Shown here: positions 38,085-50,664 of the stretch, in pieces | Layout: each line of letters starts with the position of its first letter | Position numbering within the stretch: position 1 is the first letter of the stretch | NCBI RefSeq assembly: GCF_009914755.1 | Contig: NC_060931.1 | DNA from: the human T2T-CHM13v2.0 reference genome, Homo sapiens | DNA length: 64,000 nucleotides | Direction: 5' to 3' (one strand) | The notes under the pieces: generated by a model | What the model was told of the DNA's origin: nothing | The model's database searches: none | The model's input: only the letters and a program-made list of their open reading frames with translations | Made by a program: the position numbers and the translations under genes

Positions 38085-40920
38085 AGATTCTAGTTCTTAG
38101 ACTAGAATCTGTTCTTAGACTAGAATATATATATATTCTATATATGTAGAATATATATTCTATATATAGAGTATATATAGTATATAAACTCTATATATAG
38201 AGTATATATATAGAATATATATATAGAATATATATAGTATATATATTCTATATACAGAATATATATACTATATATATTCTATATACAGAATATATATAGT
38301 ATATATATTCTATATACAGAATATATATAGTATATATATTCTATATACAGAATATATATACTATATATATTCTATATACAGAATATATATAGTATATATA
38401 TTCTATATACAGAATATATATAGTATATATATTCTGTATACAGAATATATAGTATATATATTCTATATACAGAATATATATAGTATATATATTCTGTATA
38501 CAGAATATATATACTATATATATTCTATATACAGAATATATATAGTATATATATTCTATATATAGAATATATATATAGTATATATATTCTGTATATAGAA
38601 TATATATAGTATATATATTCTGTATATAGAATATATATAGTATATATATTCTGTATATAGAATATATATACTATATTAATTCTATATATAGAATATATAC
38701 TATATATATTCTATATATAGAATATATATAGAATATATATTCCATATATACTATATATATACTATATACTCTATATATATTCTATATATATATTTCTATA
38801 TACATATTTCTCTATATATATTTCTCTATACATATTTCTCTATATATATATTCTATATACATATTTCCATATAGATATTCTATATACATATTTCCATATA
38901 GATATTCTATATACGTATTTCCATATAGATATTCTATATACGTATTTCCATATAGATATTCTATATACGTATTTCCATATAGATATTCTATATACGTATT
39001 TCCATATAGATATTCTATATACGTATTTCCATATAGATATTCTATATACGTATTTCCATATAGATATTCTATATACGTATTTCCATATAGATATTCTATA
39101 TACGTATTTCCATATAGATATTCTATATACGTATTTCCATATAGATATTCTATATACGTATTTCCATATAGATATTCTATATACGTATTTCCATATAGAT
39201 ATTCTATATACGTATTTCCATATAGATATTCTATATACGTATTTCCATATAGATATTCTATATACGTATTTCCATATATTCTATATACGTATTTCCATAT
39301 ATTCTATATACGTATTTCCATATATTCTATATACGTATTTCCATATAGATATTCTATATACGTATTTCCATATAGATATTCTATATACGTATTTCCATAT
39401 AGATATTCTATATACGTATTTCCATATAGATATTCTATACACGTATTTCCATATAGATATTCTATATACGTATTTCCATATAGATATTCTATATACGTAT
39501 TTCCATATAGATATTCTATATACGTATTTCCATATAGATATTCTATATACGTATTTCCATATAGATATTCTATATACGTATTTCCATATAGATATTCTAT
39601 ATACGTATTTCCATATAGATATTCTATATACGTATTTCCATATATATTCTATATACGTATTTCTATATATATATTCTATATACGTATTTCTATATATATT
39701 CTATATACGTATTTCTATATATATTCTAAATACGTATTTCTATATATATTCTATATACGTATTTCTATATATATATTCTATATACGTATTTCTATATATA
39801 TTCTATATACGTATTTCTATATATATTCTATATACGTATTTCTATATATATTCTATATACGTATTTCTATATATATATTCTATATACGTATTTCTATATA
39901 TATATTCTATATACGTATTTCTATATATATATTCTATATACGTATTTCTATATATATATTCTATATATGTATTTCTACATATATTCTATATATACATTTC
40001 TATATAGATATTCTATATATACATTTCTATATAGATATTCTATATATACATTTCTATATAGATATTCTATATATACATTTCTATATATATTCTATATATA
40101 CATTTCTATATATATTCTATATATACATTTCTATATATATTCTATATATATATTCTATATATAGATGACTGTATATAGATGACTGTATTCCAGATGACTG
40201 GAATACAGACCATTTTTGTTTATTTATTTTGAGATGGAGTTTCGCTCTTTTTTGAATACATATATATTCTATATATATTCTATATGTATATTCTATATAT
40301 ATTCTATATGTATATTCTATATGTATATTCTATATATTCTATATATATTCTATGTATTCTATATATATTCTATATATATTCTATATATATTCTGTATATA
40401 TTCTATATATATTCTATATATATTCTATATATATATTCTGTATATATTCTATATATATTCTATATATATTCTATATATATATTCTATATATTCTATATAT
40501 ATTCTATATATATATTCTATATATTCTATATATATTCTATATATATTCTCTATATACATATTCTCTAAAAATATTCTCTATATATATTCTATACATATAT
40601 TCTATATATATTCTATATATATTCTATATATATATTCTATATATATTCTATATATATTCTATATATATATTCTATATATATTCTATATATATTCTCTATA
40701 TATATTCTATATATATTCTCTATATATATTCTATATATATTCTCTATATATATTCTATATATATATTCTCTATATATTCTATATATATATTCTCTATATA
40801 TTCTATATATATATTCTATATATATTCTATATATATATTCTATATATATTCTATATATATATTCTATATATATTCTATATATATATTCTATATATATAGA
40901 AAATATAAATATATATATTT
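38085..40920. repeat. Compound AT-rich minisatellite (31-bp, 27-bp, 25-27-bp and 11-15-bp blocks)
   Basis: 31-mer CAGAATATATATAGTATATATATTCTATATA (about 38230-38700); 27-mer CTATATACGTATTTCCATATAGATATT (about 38860-39640); variants to 40160; ATTCTATAT-type units 40255-40900. Confidence 0.97.
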
Positions 40921-41223
40921 TTTTAGAGGGAGTCTCACTCTATTGCCCAGGCTGGAGTGCAGTAGTACAATCTAGCCTCATCGCACCCTCTGGCTCCCCA
41001 CCTTGCTGCTGTTCAAGCGATTCTCATACCTCAGCCATCCAAGTAGCTGGGATTATAGGATTACAGGTGCCCACCACCATGCCCAGCTAATTTTTGTCTT
41101 TTTAGTAGAGACAGGGTTTCTCCATATTGGCCAAGCTGGTCTCGAACTCTTGACCTCAAGTGATCTGCCTGCCTTGGCCTCCCAGAATTCTGGAATTACA
41201 AGCTTGAGCCACCACCCCTGGCC
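40918..41223 (-). mobile_element. AluS (Sx/Sz-like) whose tail end abuts the minisatellite
   Basis: GAGTCTCACTCTATTGCCCAGGCTGG...TTCAAGCGATTCTC...GACCTCAAGTGATCTGCC...CTGGCC. Confidence 0.9.
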
Positions 41224-41574
41224 CAATAGCTTTTAAAGCTTTCAGTATGCTTCTAATGTGCAGCTACTGCACAAGTCAAACATCTAGCAAATGCTATGAT
41301 AATGGATTGAGAGAACTATAATATGACTGCAATACTGTATGTTGAGTGAAGCAGAGGAAGCATCACTTCATCTATCCTAGTGTAGGTTAATGCTTCAGTA
41401 AATGTTTTGAAAACCTTAACAACCAAATCATTAAATATAATTTTTGTTTTCTACCAAAATAGTTGGTGATTTATATATGTCACCATGATCTAAAATAGAT
41501 AGGATTGGTGTTGATATTAGTGTGTGTTGCATTTAATGAAAATTTTTAATTTTATTAGTAGGGTCAAGAAACGG

Positions 41575-41790
41575 CAAAGCCCATAGGCTCTGAGATTAAC
41601 GGCCTTGGGCCAATGTATTAAGGCTCTGGTGCATTAGCTCTGAGAGTTGGGCAAGTTGCTTAAATTTGCTTTGTTTTGGTTTCCTCTTTTGTCAAAGATA
41701 GACATCATCAAGTTAGTTATTGTTTTAATTAAAGATGAAACATATATGAGAATCCCTTAGGAATACCTAGTAAGAACCTAGTAAATACTA
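41575..41790 (+). mobile_element. MIR
   Basis: GGCTCTGAGATT...TTGGGCAAGTTGCTTAAA...GTTTCCTCTTTTGTCAAA...AATTAAAGATGA. Confidence 0.6.
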
Positions 41791-41963
41791 ATTAATTGTT
41801 AATATTATTTAATAAAATGACAGGTTTTCAATGACTAGTAGGACTGACACACATATTTTGTTTTGCTGTGGCTGATTCCAGTGAAGAAGATTCAAAATCT
41901 TGAGTTCTTTAGGATTTGAAAAATAGCAAGAGAGCATCTTGTCAACTATAAAACATCTTCCTA

Positions 41964-42269
<306 letters not shown>

Positions 42270-44204
42270 TTACAACTTTAGTGAAATTCAGTGCTCATCT
42301 TTCACCCACAAGATTTTGGCAATACCTCTCAGAGTAGTATCCTTAAGTACTTTCTGTTTCAGTTTTTGGTTTTTATACACATGGAGATATGTCTTTAGAG
42401 TCACTAAAAAGATACTTGGTACTTAAGATCTAAGTAATATATATTGCCATTCCAAAGAGTTCCTGTTATGCTGTGGTTATGTATTTATTCTTATTTATCT
42501 CCATTCTCTTATTCATCAATCTATTTTCTTGGGATTAATAATGGTGTTTGTTGCATTTTCATTTGCCATTTTTCTTATGATATTTATTTAGTCAAAATAT
42601 TAATCTATGACAATAACAATGTACCTATATAGTTATCTGGTTTTATTAAATTATGATTGCCTGTACTATTCATTTTTAGTAAAATTTTTAAATTTGTTTT
42701 ACAGATCTTTGCTATAAATATGATTTATATATCACTGCCTCCACTCAAATATCCTCTACTCAACCTCATTTACATTCTTTGTTTTCTCTTCCTACTCATT
42801 TGGTTTTATGCTTTACGTGCAGTTCACTTTGTCCTTTTACTTAGAGTCAGATTTTTTCCTGAGCAGTATTTTCACCATGGTGGGAGCCATCAGATTCTGC
42901 ATAATGACTTATTTTTCCACTATATTTCTATATTTCTAAAGAAGAAAAGATCACTGCTAATGAAATCTAATACTGATGAAATCAGATTTCTTGTTGATTT
43001 AACTACCACCTGCACATCTGGTGTATTTTTCCGGGGCTCTTCTGTTCTGTTTGTTTAACTCACAGTATAAGCACTTCACATAGAAAACGTGTCTTCTTCA
43101 TTCTTCAAACAGTTCCAAAACACAGAGCTGGCATTAAAAATTTGTTTTAAAAGATGATGTAGCACAAGCTATATATTGTGATAATATACAATGGTGGGGG
43201 TATTTTATTACCAAGATTTGCAGATTTCGAGAGAATAAAACTATATACTATACATACTTTAGGACACATACTTATGGCACAAAGTTACATTTTAGAAGCT
43301 ATTTTAAGAAGTATGAGGCCTCGATTGTAAAAAAAAGAACAAAATCAAATTACCCATTAGCGTAAGAGAAGAAAGAACAAATCTGTTTTAGCAATTTTTT
43401 TCAAGTCATTTCCTAGGTTCTCGAAAAGACATTTCAATCTCTTAGCTGGAAAAGCATATTTTAACAAATTAATATTTAATTAAGATGAAAGGACAACAAA
43501 AGACATTTTAAAATATAGGCAAAATGTACACATTCTAATGGATTTTATTTCTTTTAAAACCTTTCATGTAAATCTTTAAAATAGCAAATTAAAAACTTCA
43601 AGTGTTGAAAGAAAAAGGGAATACGGATAAGTTTGATTTACTAGAAAGAAATCAAATTCCATGATATTCACTTGGGGAAAAGAGACTTTCTTTATAAAAG
43701 CAAAATATAATTTTGTTTATTACAGTTGACAACTATTCATCTAGGAAGAGATCATTAGTATCATGTCTAACTTCAGTATAAATCTAAAACACAGACTGTC
43801 AATGGTCTCTGTGACAACTAAAACGTTCATTTTCCTGTAGAGGCATCTTATTAAAGACAAAGATAATTCCATTACAATTTGATAAATAGAAATCAATATG
43901 ACATTCTTTATACAACCAAGTTTCCCTAGCTTTGGATTATGTTATATGATACATTTGTACATATACACAAATATATTATATCTTTATAAGGTCCTTTATG
44001 AAGTATTATTATCCCCAGCTAACAGTGAGAAAAAAATTAAGTTTGTATGAGGATAAGTAAATTTAACCCTGAATTTTGGTAAGGCAATTCTTATAACTAC
44101 CAATGTATTTTAATATTATTTAGAGAAAACATAGTAATATTTATATTATTGCATTATATATAATACATTACATAAACAGGTCAGACAACATATGAATTCA
44201 TAAC

Positions 44205-44420
44205 TTTTTTACTTATGTATCAGACTGCACCTTAAGTGTTTTGTCCATTTTTACTCATTTAAACTTCTCAAGTAGTCTGTGAAAATTATACTTTTGTTAT
44301 TTGCATCTACAGATAAGGAAACACAAAGAAGTGGCATAACTTGCTTAATATTACACAGTTAAAAAGTGGTAGCAATAGAATTTGAATCCAGGCAGTTTGG
44401 TTCCAGAGTCTATTATCTTA
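44205..44420 (-). mobile_element. MIR
   Basis: TACAGATAAGGAAAC...TAACTTGCTTAATATTACACAG...GAATTTGAATCCAGGCAGTTTGGTTCCAGAG. Confidence 0.75.
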
Positions 44421-44885
44421 CTCTCTATTTACAGAGCCTGTCTCTCGGGGATGGATTTAGATGAACATTTCATTTTCTATCTTTTGCTCACCTGTGCTTT
44501 TTTCTGCAATTTATTTCTTAGACATAAGCTTTGGAATAAGAAAAATAAGTTATTCCTATTTTTCTAGGAATGGGGGGGCATACTCTTTCTTTTTACCTTT
44601 GGAATAAAAGAATCGGAATTCAAGAAGTACATTACAAAATGAAGTTAAAATAAGAAAATTGTTTGGTTTTGAACAAATATAATAATAGTTTAGGAAATTA
44701 GTCAAACTCAACAAAAATTATGCATCTCAAACTAATTACTTTGGCATTTGAACTTACCTGACTGTTGGGTCCATCACTCTGTATTCCACAGCATGCCTCA
44801 CTACCTGGCATATTACATAGGATACATTTTATATCTGGACTTTCTTCCCTCGTTAGGATGTAAGCACCCAAAGGGTAACAACTTT

Positions 44886-45126
44886 AAAAAAATATCTTAA
44901 TTTTTGTGGGTACATACTAGGTGTATATATTTATGGGGTACATGAGATATTTTGGTGCAGGCATGCAATGTGTAACAGTCACATCATAAAAAATTGGATA
45001 TCCATCACTACACATATTTATCCTTTAGGCTACAAACAATTCAGTTATACTCTTTTAGTTATTTTCAAGTGAATAATTAAATTATTATTAACTATAAGCT
45101 CCCAGGTGTGCTATCAAATACAAGGT
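44886..45126 (-). mobile_element. 5'-truncated L1MA 3' end inserted into an L2 3' end
   Basis: TTTTGTGGGTACATACTAGGTGTATATATTTATGGGGTACATGAG...GTGCTATCAAATAC; TSD AGGG(T/C)A(A/G)CAACTTT at 44872-44885 and 45127-45140. Confidence 0.85.
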
Positions 45127-45374
45127 AGGGCAGCAACTTTTATTTGTTCACTGTTATAATCCTAGCAATTAGGAGGCTTTATAATATACGTGGGTACTCA
45201 GTTAATGTCTCATGAACGACTGAGTGCCTACTTTATAGAGTTATTCTGGGAATTAAATAATATAATATGCTGTGTTATTAACACAAAACACTTAGTCTAG
45301 TACCTAACAATATAAAAAACATGTATTCAATAACAGTGGTAATATTTAAATAGTATTAACTATCTGACAGTCAC

Positions 45375-45570
45375 TCCCCTAAGTTTTACTCATTTAAGCT
45401 TTATGAAAATCTTATGAGATGTATACTATTACCATTATTATTCCCATTTTATAGATGAAGAAACTAAGACATAGATTAAACGGCTCAAATCTCAGTTAAT
45501 AAGTGTCAGTACAAAGAGTTGAACTCAGGGAACTTGGCTCCAGAATCTACTTTTTTTTACCACTATACTT
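45375..45570 (-). mobile_element. MIR
   Basis: ATTATTCCCATTTTATAGATGAAGAAACTAAGAC...TGGCTCCAGAATC...TACCACTATAC. Confidence 0.78.
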
Positions 45571-47477
45571 GTCGCTTCTCCAAAGCCCTTCAATGATACT
45601 TGAAATTTAATTTTCTATATTACTATTAGTACTTTTACCAGCATCATCATTTCAGAAATAAGAATTTTAACAGAATCCCATTTGATGTTTATGCATACAA
45701 CTATAGACTTTTCAGAAATTTGTAAATTTCAGAATTAATGGCAATGAGAGGACAGTTTATTTATCAATTTTAGAACCTGCCCCTATTATTATTGTAATTA
45801 GTTGTTGATGTCTCTGATTCACAATAGAATAAACAATCAGTGACCATACCTGTTATTAAGCAAGTATCTCAGGTACTTAGTATAGGGTTGGTACAAGATA
45901 AGTGGTCTCAAATATTTTTTGAAAAAATTAATACATAAGTAAATGTATTAATTCATTTACTCACAAATAAATGCATAAGTGAAGTCAATAGCTATAGAAA
46001 TAAATATCTAAGCTGATGATTACCGCAAAAATCTTAATGTACCCTTTTAGTAATTCACACAGCCGTCTTTCATTATGCTATTTTATATGGTAACGCTAAA
46101 TTTAGTCATAATTATACTTGTTCAATAAATGAAAGTGGATAGAATTCCACTTGATTTGACTTTTTTTTTGGTCTAAAATGGCTGTATTCAAATATTTTGT
46201 GTGCTAATGCATCATGCATATTTAGCGAAAGAGACTTCCAAATTCTTTTTCTGAATAAAATTACTTGGGACAAAATCTGTTTTTTCCAGATCATATTTAA
46301 CTGCATATTGTTCCAAAACAATCCTAAAGTCTACTTCAAACTTAAGTGTTTTCCCTCCTGTTCCCATTTGAAACATCCCTAAACCTTCACATAACCTTCC
46401 ATCTTACTTTATTTGAATTGGCTTATTTATTCATTCACTCATCTATACTTGGTTCCTGGACTTTCAAAGCATTTTCATTAGAATTGTTTCACAAAGCTAG
46501 AAGATGAGTAAAATACGTAAAATCTATCTCAGAGTGGTTAATCCCAAGGTTATGTGTGTGGTAAGCAGTTGCACGGTGGTGCACACCTAGATCTTTTGAT
46601 TCAAATTTTAATGCTTTTTCTGCAATGTAAGAGTTAAATACATTACGTTCTAAGACTAAAAGAAAAACACGGCATATTTTGTGTCCCTAAAAAAATCATA
46701 AGTAAGTTAAAGTTTATAATCTTTACTCCATTTATGCCTTCTGATTTAATTTTGATTACTCATTTCACAGCTTTTAATTAAATTTCTCGAAAATATTGCA
46801 CAGCCGCCCTCGGTTCTCCTAATTATTCCTGGAAATATTTCTATACTTTACAATCAATGTTCAAAAATAGACTGATGGAGATTCCTGGCATCCCTATATT
46901 TTATTTTTGTTTATGACTTCCCTGTTTAATAATTCAATGAATTTATGCTTACAAACCCTTGATAATAGCCATAATCTTTTTTTCAAATGTACTTTCTATA
47001 CATTATCTACATATGGAATCTCAGAACACCAAAGCAAAGTTAGTCTGTATCTTTCAAAATGACTACAGTTGCTATTGATAAGAATATGCTATTTCTCCGA
47101 GAAAGGCCCCTCAAATCAGGCATTTTGAGGGGAAATAATGGTGACCTTTCCAGTTCATACATATTTTAAGTGCTTCAACGGACAAATGTTTAACATTTGA
47201 CGTGGGATGGCGCCTGTCACTGAAATAAACTCAGAGGAAAATGGTTAACATAGGTGCCATATTTTTTGGTTGAAAGTAATGATAAGAAACTAAAAGGCAT
47301 AGGCAAGTTGTTGATGGGAATTCCAAGGCTTCTCTCGTAGAGGTGCTAAATAATCCCACTTCAAGGACTGAGGAAAAGTAAGGGATCATGAGAGAAGACA
47401 AGAAAAATGGTAGTAACTCAGGCAAATACAAGGTGGAGTTTACCCTAAGTGATCCACTAAGAATACAATCACAATGT

Positions 47478-47785
47478 ATTATTATTATTATTATTACAGA
47501 CAAGGTCTCACTCTGACACTCATGCTGGAGTACAGTGGCACACTCATAGCTCACTGGAGCCTAAAATTCCTGGGCTCAGGTGATCTTACTGCCTCAGCCT
47601 TCTGAGCAGCTAGAATTGTAGGCACGTGCCACCACACCCAGCTAATTTTTTAATGTTTTGTAAAGACGAAGTCTCTCCATGTTGTCCAGGTTGGTCTTGA
47701 AACTCCTAGCCTCAAACTATCCTCCTGCCTTGGTCTCCCTAGGCGCTGAGAGTGCTGAGATTACAGGTATGAGCCAGCATACCTT
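47478..47785 (-). mobile_element. AluJ (Jo-like) with (TAT)n tail
   Basis: GACAAGGTCTCACTCTG...CATAGCTCACTG...CCTGGGCTCAGG; TSD-like CA(C/T)A(A/G)TGTATT. Confidence 0.88.
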
Positions 47786-48349
47786 CCATAGTGTATTTTT
47801 AAAATAAAGAATGTCATAATGTATAGCAAAGAGTTACAAAAATCTTAGGTATATTCTGGTATCAAAAAAGAAACACAAGTACAGAAGAATGTAAGTAATC
47901 TATTCATCAGTGCAGACCACAATCCTGGCACCTTCACAAATTAAAATAATTTCTCAGCAATACGTCTGTTTATTTTCTTTTTTAAACTGTGATTGAAATT
48001 AGGATAATCTAACTTCAACTTCTAAAGTCAGAAAGCAATGAATAACTTTAAATTTAAGAGTCATATACAGGGGTTCACTTAATCAAAATGAAGTTGTGGG
48101 AATAAATATTTGTAACTACACAAAAATTGTGATCACTACCTTGTTTACATACAGAATGAGAGGAATTTTAAAATGAATTAAGCAATGTGTTGAGGAAAAA
48201 AAGTTACAGTTTGAGGGGATATTATGGATTGCTTATTACAACAGTTTTGGATGATGATCCTGCTTTCAGGACTAAACAAAATTTTGTAGCCTCAGTATAT
48301 AATCAATGCCTCAGAATGAAATATAATAGTAAAAGGTGCAACTGGGTAA

Positions 48350-49157
48350 ATTCTTTATTTTAATTTTTATGATTATTATTATTAATTTTATTATTTTTTT
48401 AACTTTTAGGTTCAGGGGCACATGTGCAGATTTGTTCTATGTAAACAGTGTGTCATGAGATTTGGTGTACAGATAATTTCATCACCTGGGTAATAAGCAT
48501 AGCACCTGATAGGTATTTTTTTGTGATTTTCTCCTTTCTCCCACCCGCCACCCTCGAGTTGGCTGCAGTGTCTGTGCTCCTCTCCTAGCATCCATGTGTT
48601 CTCGTTGTATAGCTCCCACTTAAAAGTGAGAACATGTGGTATGTGGTTTTCTCTTCCTTAGTTTGTTTAGGATAATGTCCTCCAACTCTATCCATGTTGC
48701 TGCAAAGGACATGATCTCTTTTTTTTTATGACTGCATAGTATTCCATAGTGTATATATACCACATTTTCTTTATCCAGTCTACCATTGGTGGGCATTTAT
48801 ATTTATTCCATGTCTTTGCTATTGTGAATAGTGCTGCATTGAACATACACATGCATGTGTCTTTATAATGGAACAATTTATATTCCTTTGGGCATATACT
48901 CAATAACTGGATTGCTGTGTTAAATGGTAATTCTAAGTTATTTGAGGAATTGCCAAATTGCTTTACACAATGGCTGAACTAACTTGCACTCCCACCAACA
49001 GTGTATAAGCATTCCTTTTTTTTCTGCAACCTCACCAGCATCTGCTATTTTTTGACTTTTTAATAATAGTCATTCTGACTAGTGTAAGAAGGTATCTTAC
49101 TGTGGTTTTGATTTTCATTTCTGTAATGATTAGTGATGTTGAGCTTTTTTCATATGA
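48350..49157 (-). mobile_element. 5'-truncated L1PA15/16-like 3' end
   Basis: TTTAGGTTCAGGGGCACATGTGCAG...GGTGTACAGATAATTTCATCACC; ORF 48688-48903 matches the ORF2p C-terminus (YKDTC...KKMWYIYTMEYY). Confidence 0.88.
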
Positions 49158-49200
49158 AAACCCTAATTTGTTATTCTATGTAATATATGAGGAGGCTGCC

Positions 49201-49892
49201 TGTATCAGTCAGGGTCCAATCAAGAGACAGAAACCACATTAGTAACTTGAATAAGGAAAAGTTAATATAAGGAATTATTAACAGGTAAAGAGGAAGTGAA
49301 CTACTAAAGAGGTAAGGAGGGAGGAATTCAATGTTACAGAAGTAGCAACCAAAGAATGCAGCTACTGCCTATAGAACTGAGGGAGAGAGAACCAAGCAGG
49401 TACTTATACCTTTAGAAGAGTCCCACACATGTACTCATACACTCACACCACCCCCAGGTCTAAGACTCAGACATCTCTGGAGAGGTTGTGGCTACCACTG
49501 GAACTCTGTTGGTGACAGAGAAACTTACTAAATAGAGTATATAGATCCCAGAGTGTATGAGCTACAGCTAGTTTTTTGGTGTGGCCCCCTGAATGGCAGA
49601 GAATCTTGCCAGAGGGTGTAGGCTACAGCTGAGCAAGAGGTGAAGAGTACCACATCCCTCACATACCAAACCTCCAAGTGCCAGACAGAAAAGAGCACGC
49701 TGGAAAATGGAGGCAAGGTCTCTTTCTCATGTTCTGGCTTTGCAGTGTCCCTCCAGCCCCTTAAATTGGCAAAGTCTAGCATCAAGTGAGCTGGCAAAAG
49801 AGAAATGTCTACAGCATGCAGCTCTGACAATAGAAGGAAGGGCAAAGAAGAATAGATTTGGATAAGAGAGGCAATAAATTAATAACTGGCAT
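49201..49892 (-). mobile_element. Old ERVL-class solo LTR (subfamily uncertain)
   Basis: TGTATCAGTCAGGGTCCAATCAAGAGACAGAAACCAC start, AATAACTGGCA end; GGCAAAGTCTAGCATC motif. Confidence 0.6.
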
Positions 49893-50331
49893 GCTGGCCC
49901 TTCCCCATACTTGGTTGACACTGATACAGTTAAAAACTGTATAAGGTCACATATTTATACATAGAGTCACAAATCATAACCTCTTGTATTGTTTTTCTAA
50001 ATTTGTTTATATACTATAGCATTCTGCCTTAGAACTATAAACCAAGAAATTGCATTGGTGACATTATTTATGAATTTAACTTTCTATAAAAGTATATATA
50101 TAGAAAATGTATAAATTTTAAGTGTACAACCAACTCAATGAATTTTTACAAATATACGCACTCATGTAAATAGCACCCAAGGCAAGATAGAGCTTATTAT
50201 CAGGACCCTGAAGGTCTCATTCTTGTTCCTCCCAAGCAGTAATTATCAGCTTTTAAAAATGTTTCCTTGAAAATCTTTACCTGTTTTCTTACATGTTTAG
50301 TGTAACTAATAAAATGTACAAAGAAAAATAA

Positions 50332-50664
<333 letters not shown>

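Noticed and set aside
38860-39640. Regular 27-bp repeats that look like a CRISPR array
   Set aside because: Units are head to tail with no unique spacers, there are no cas genes, and the context is primate DNA
39967-40975. Long Ile/Tyr/Phe-rich ORFs (up to 227 aa)
   Set aside because: Translations of the AT minisatellite, which lacks stops in some frames; no coding signature
44751-44760. Perfect minus-strand donor CAG|GTAAGT
   Set aside because: No matching upstream acceptor found; the upstream sequence is L2/L1 relic
47107-47132. 9-bp hairpin CCCCTCAAA...TTTGAGGGG
   Set aside because: Short enough to occur by chance in 64 kb; no supporting context
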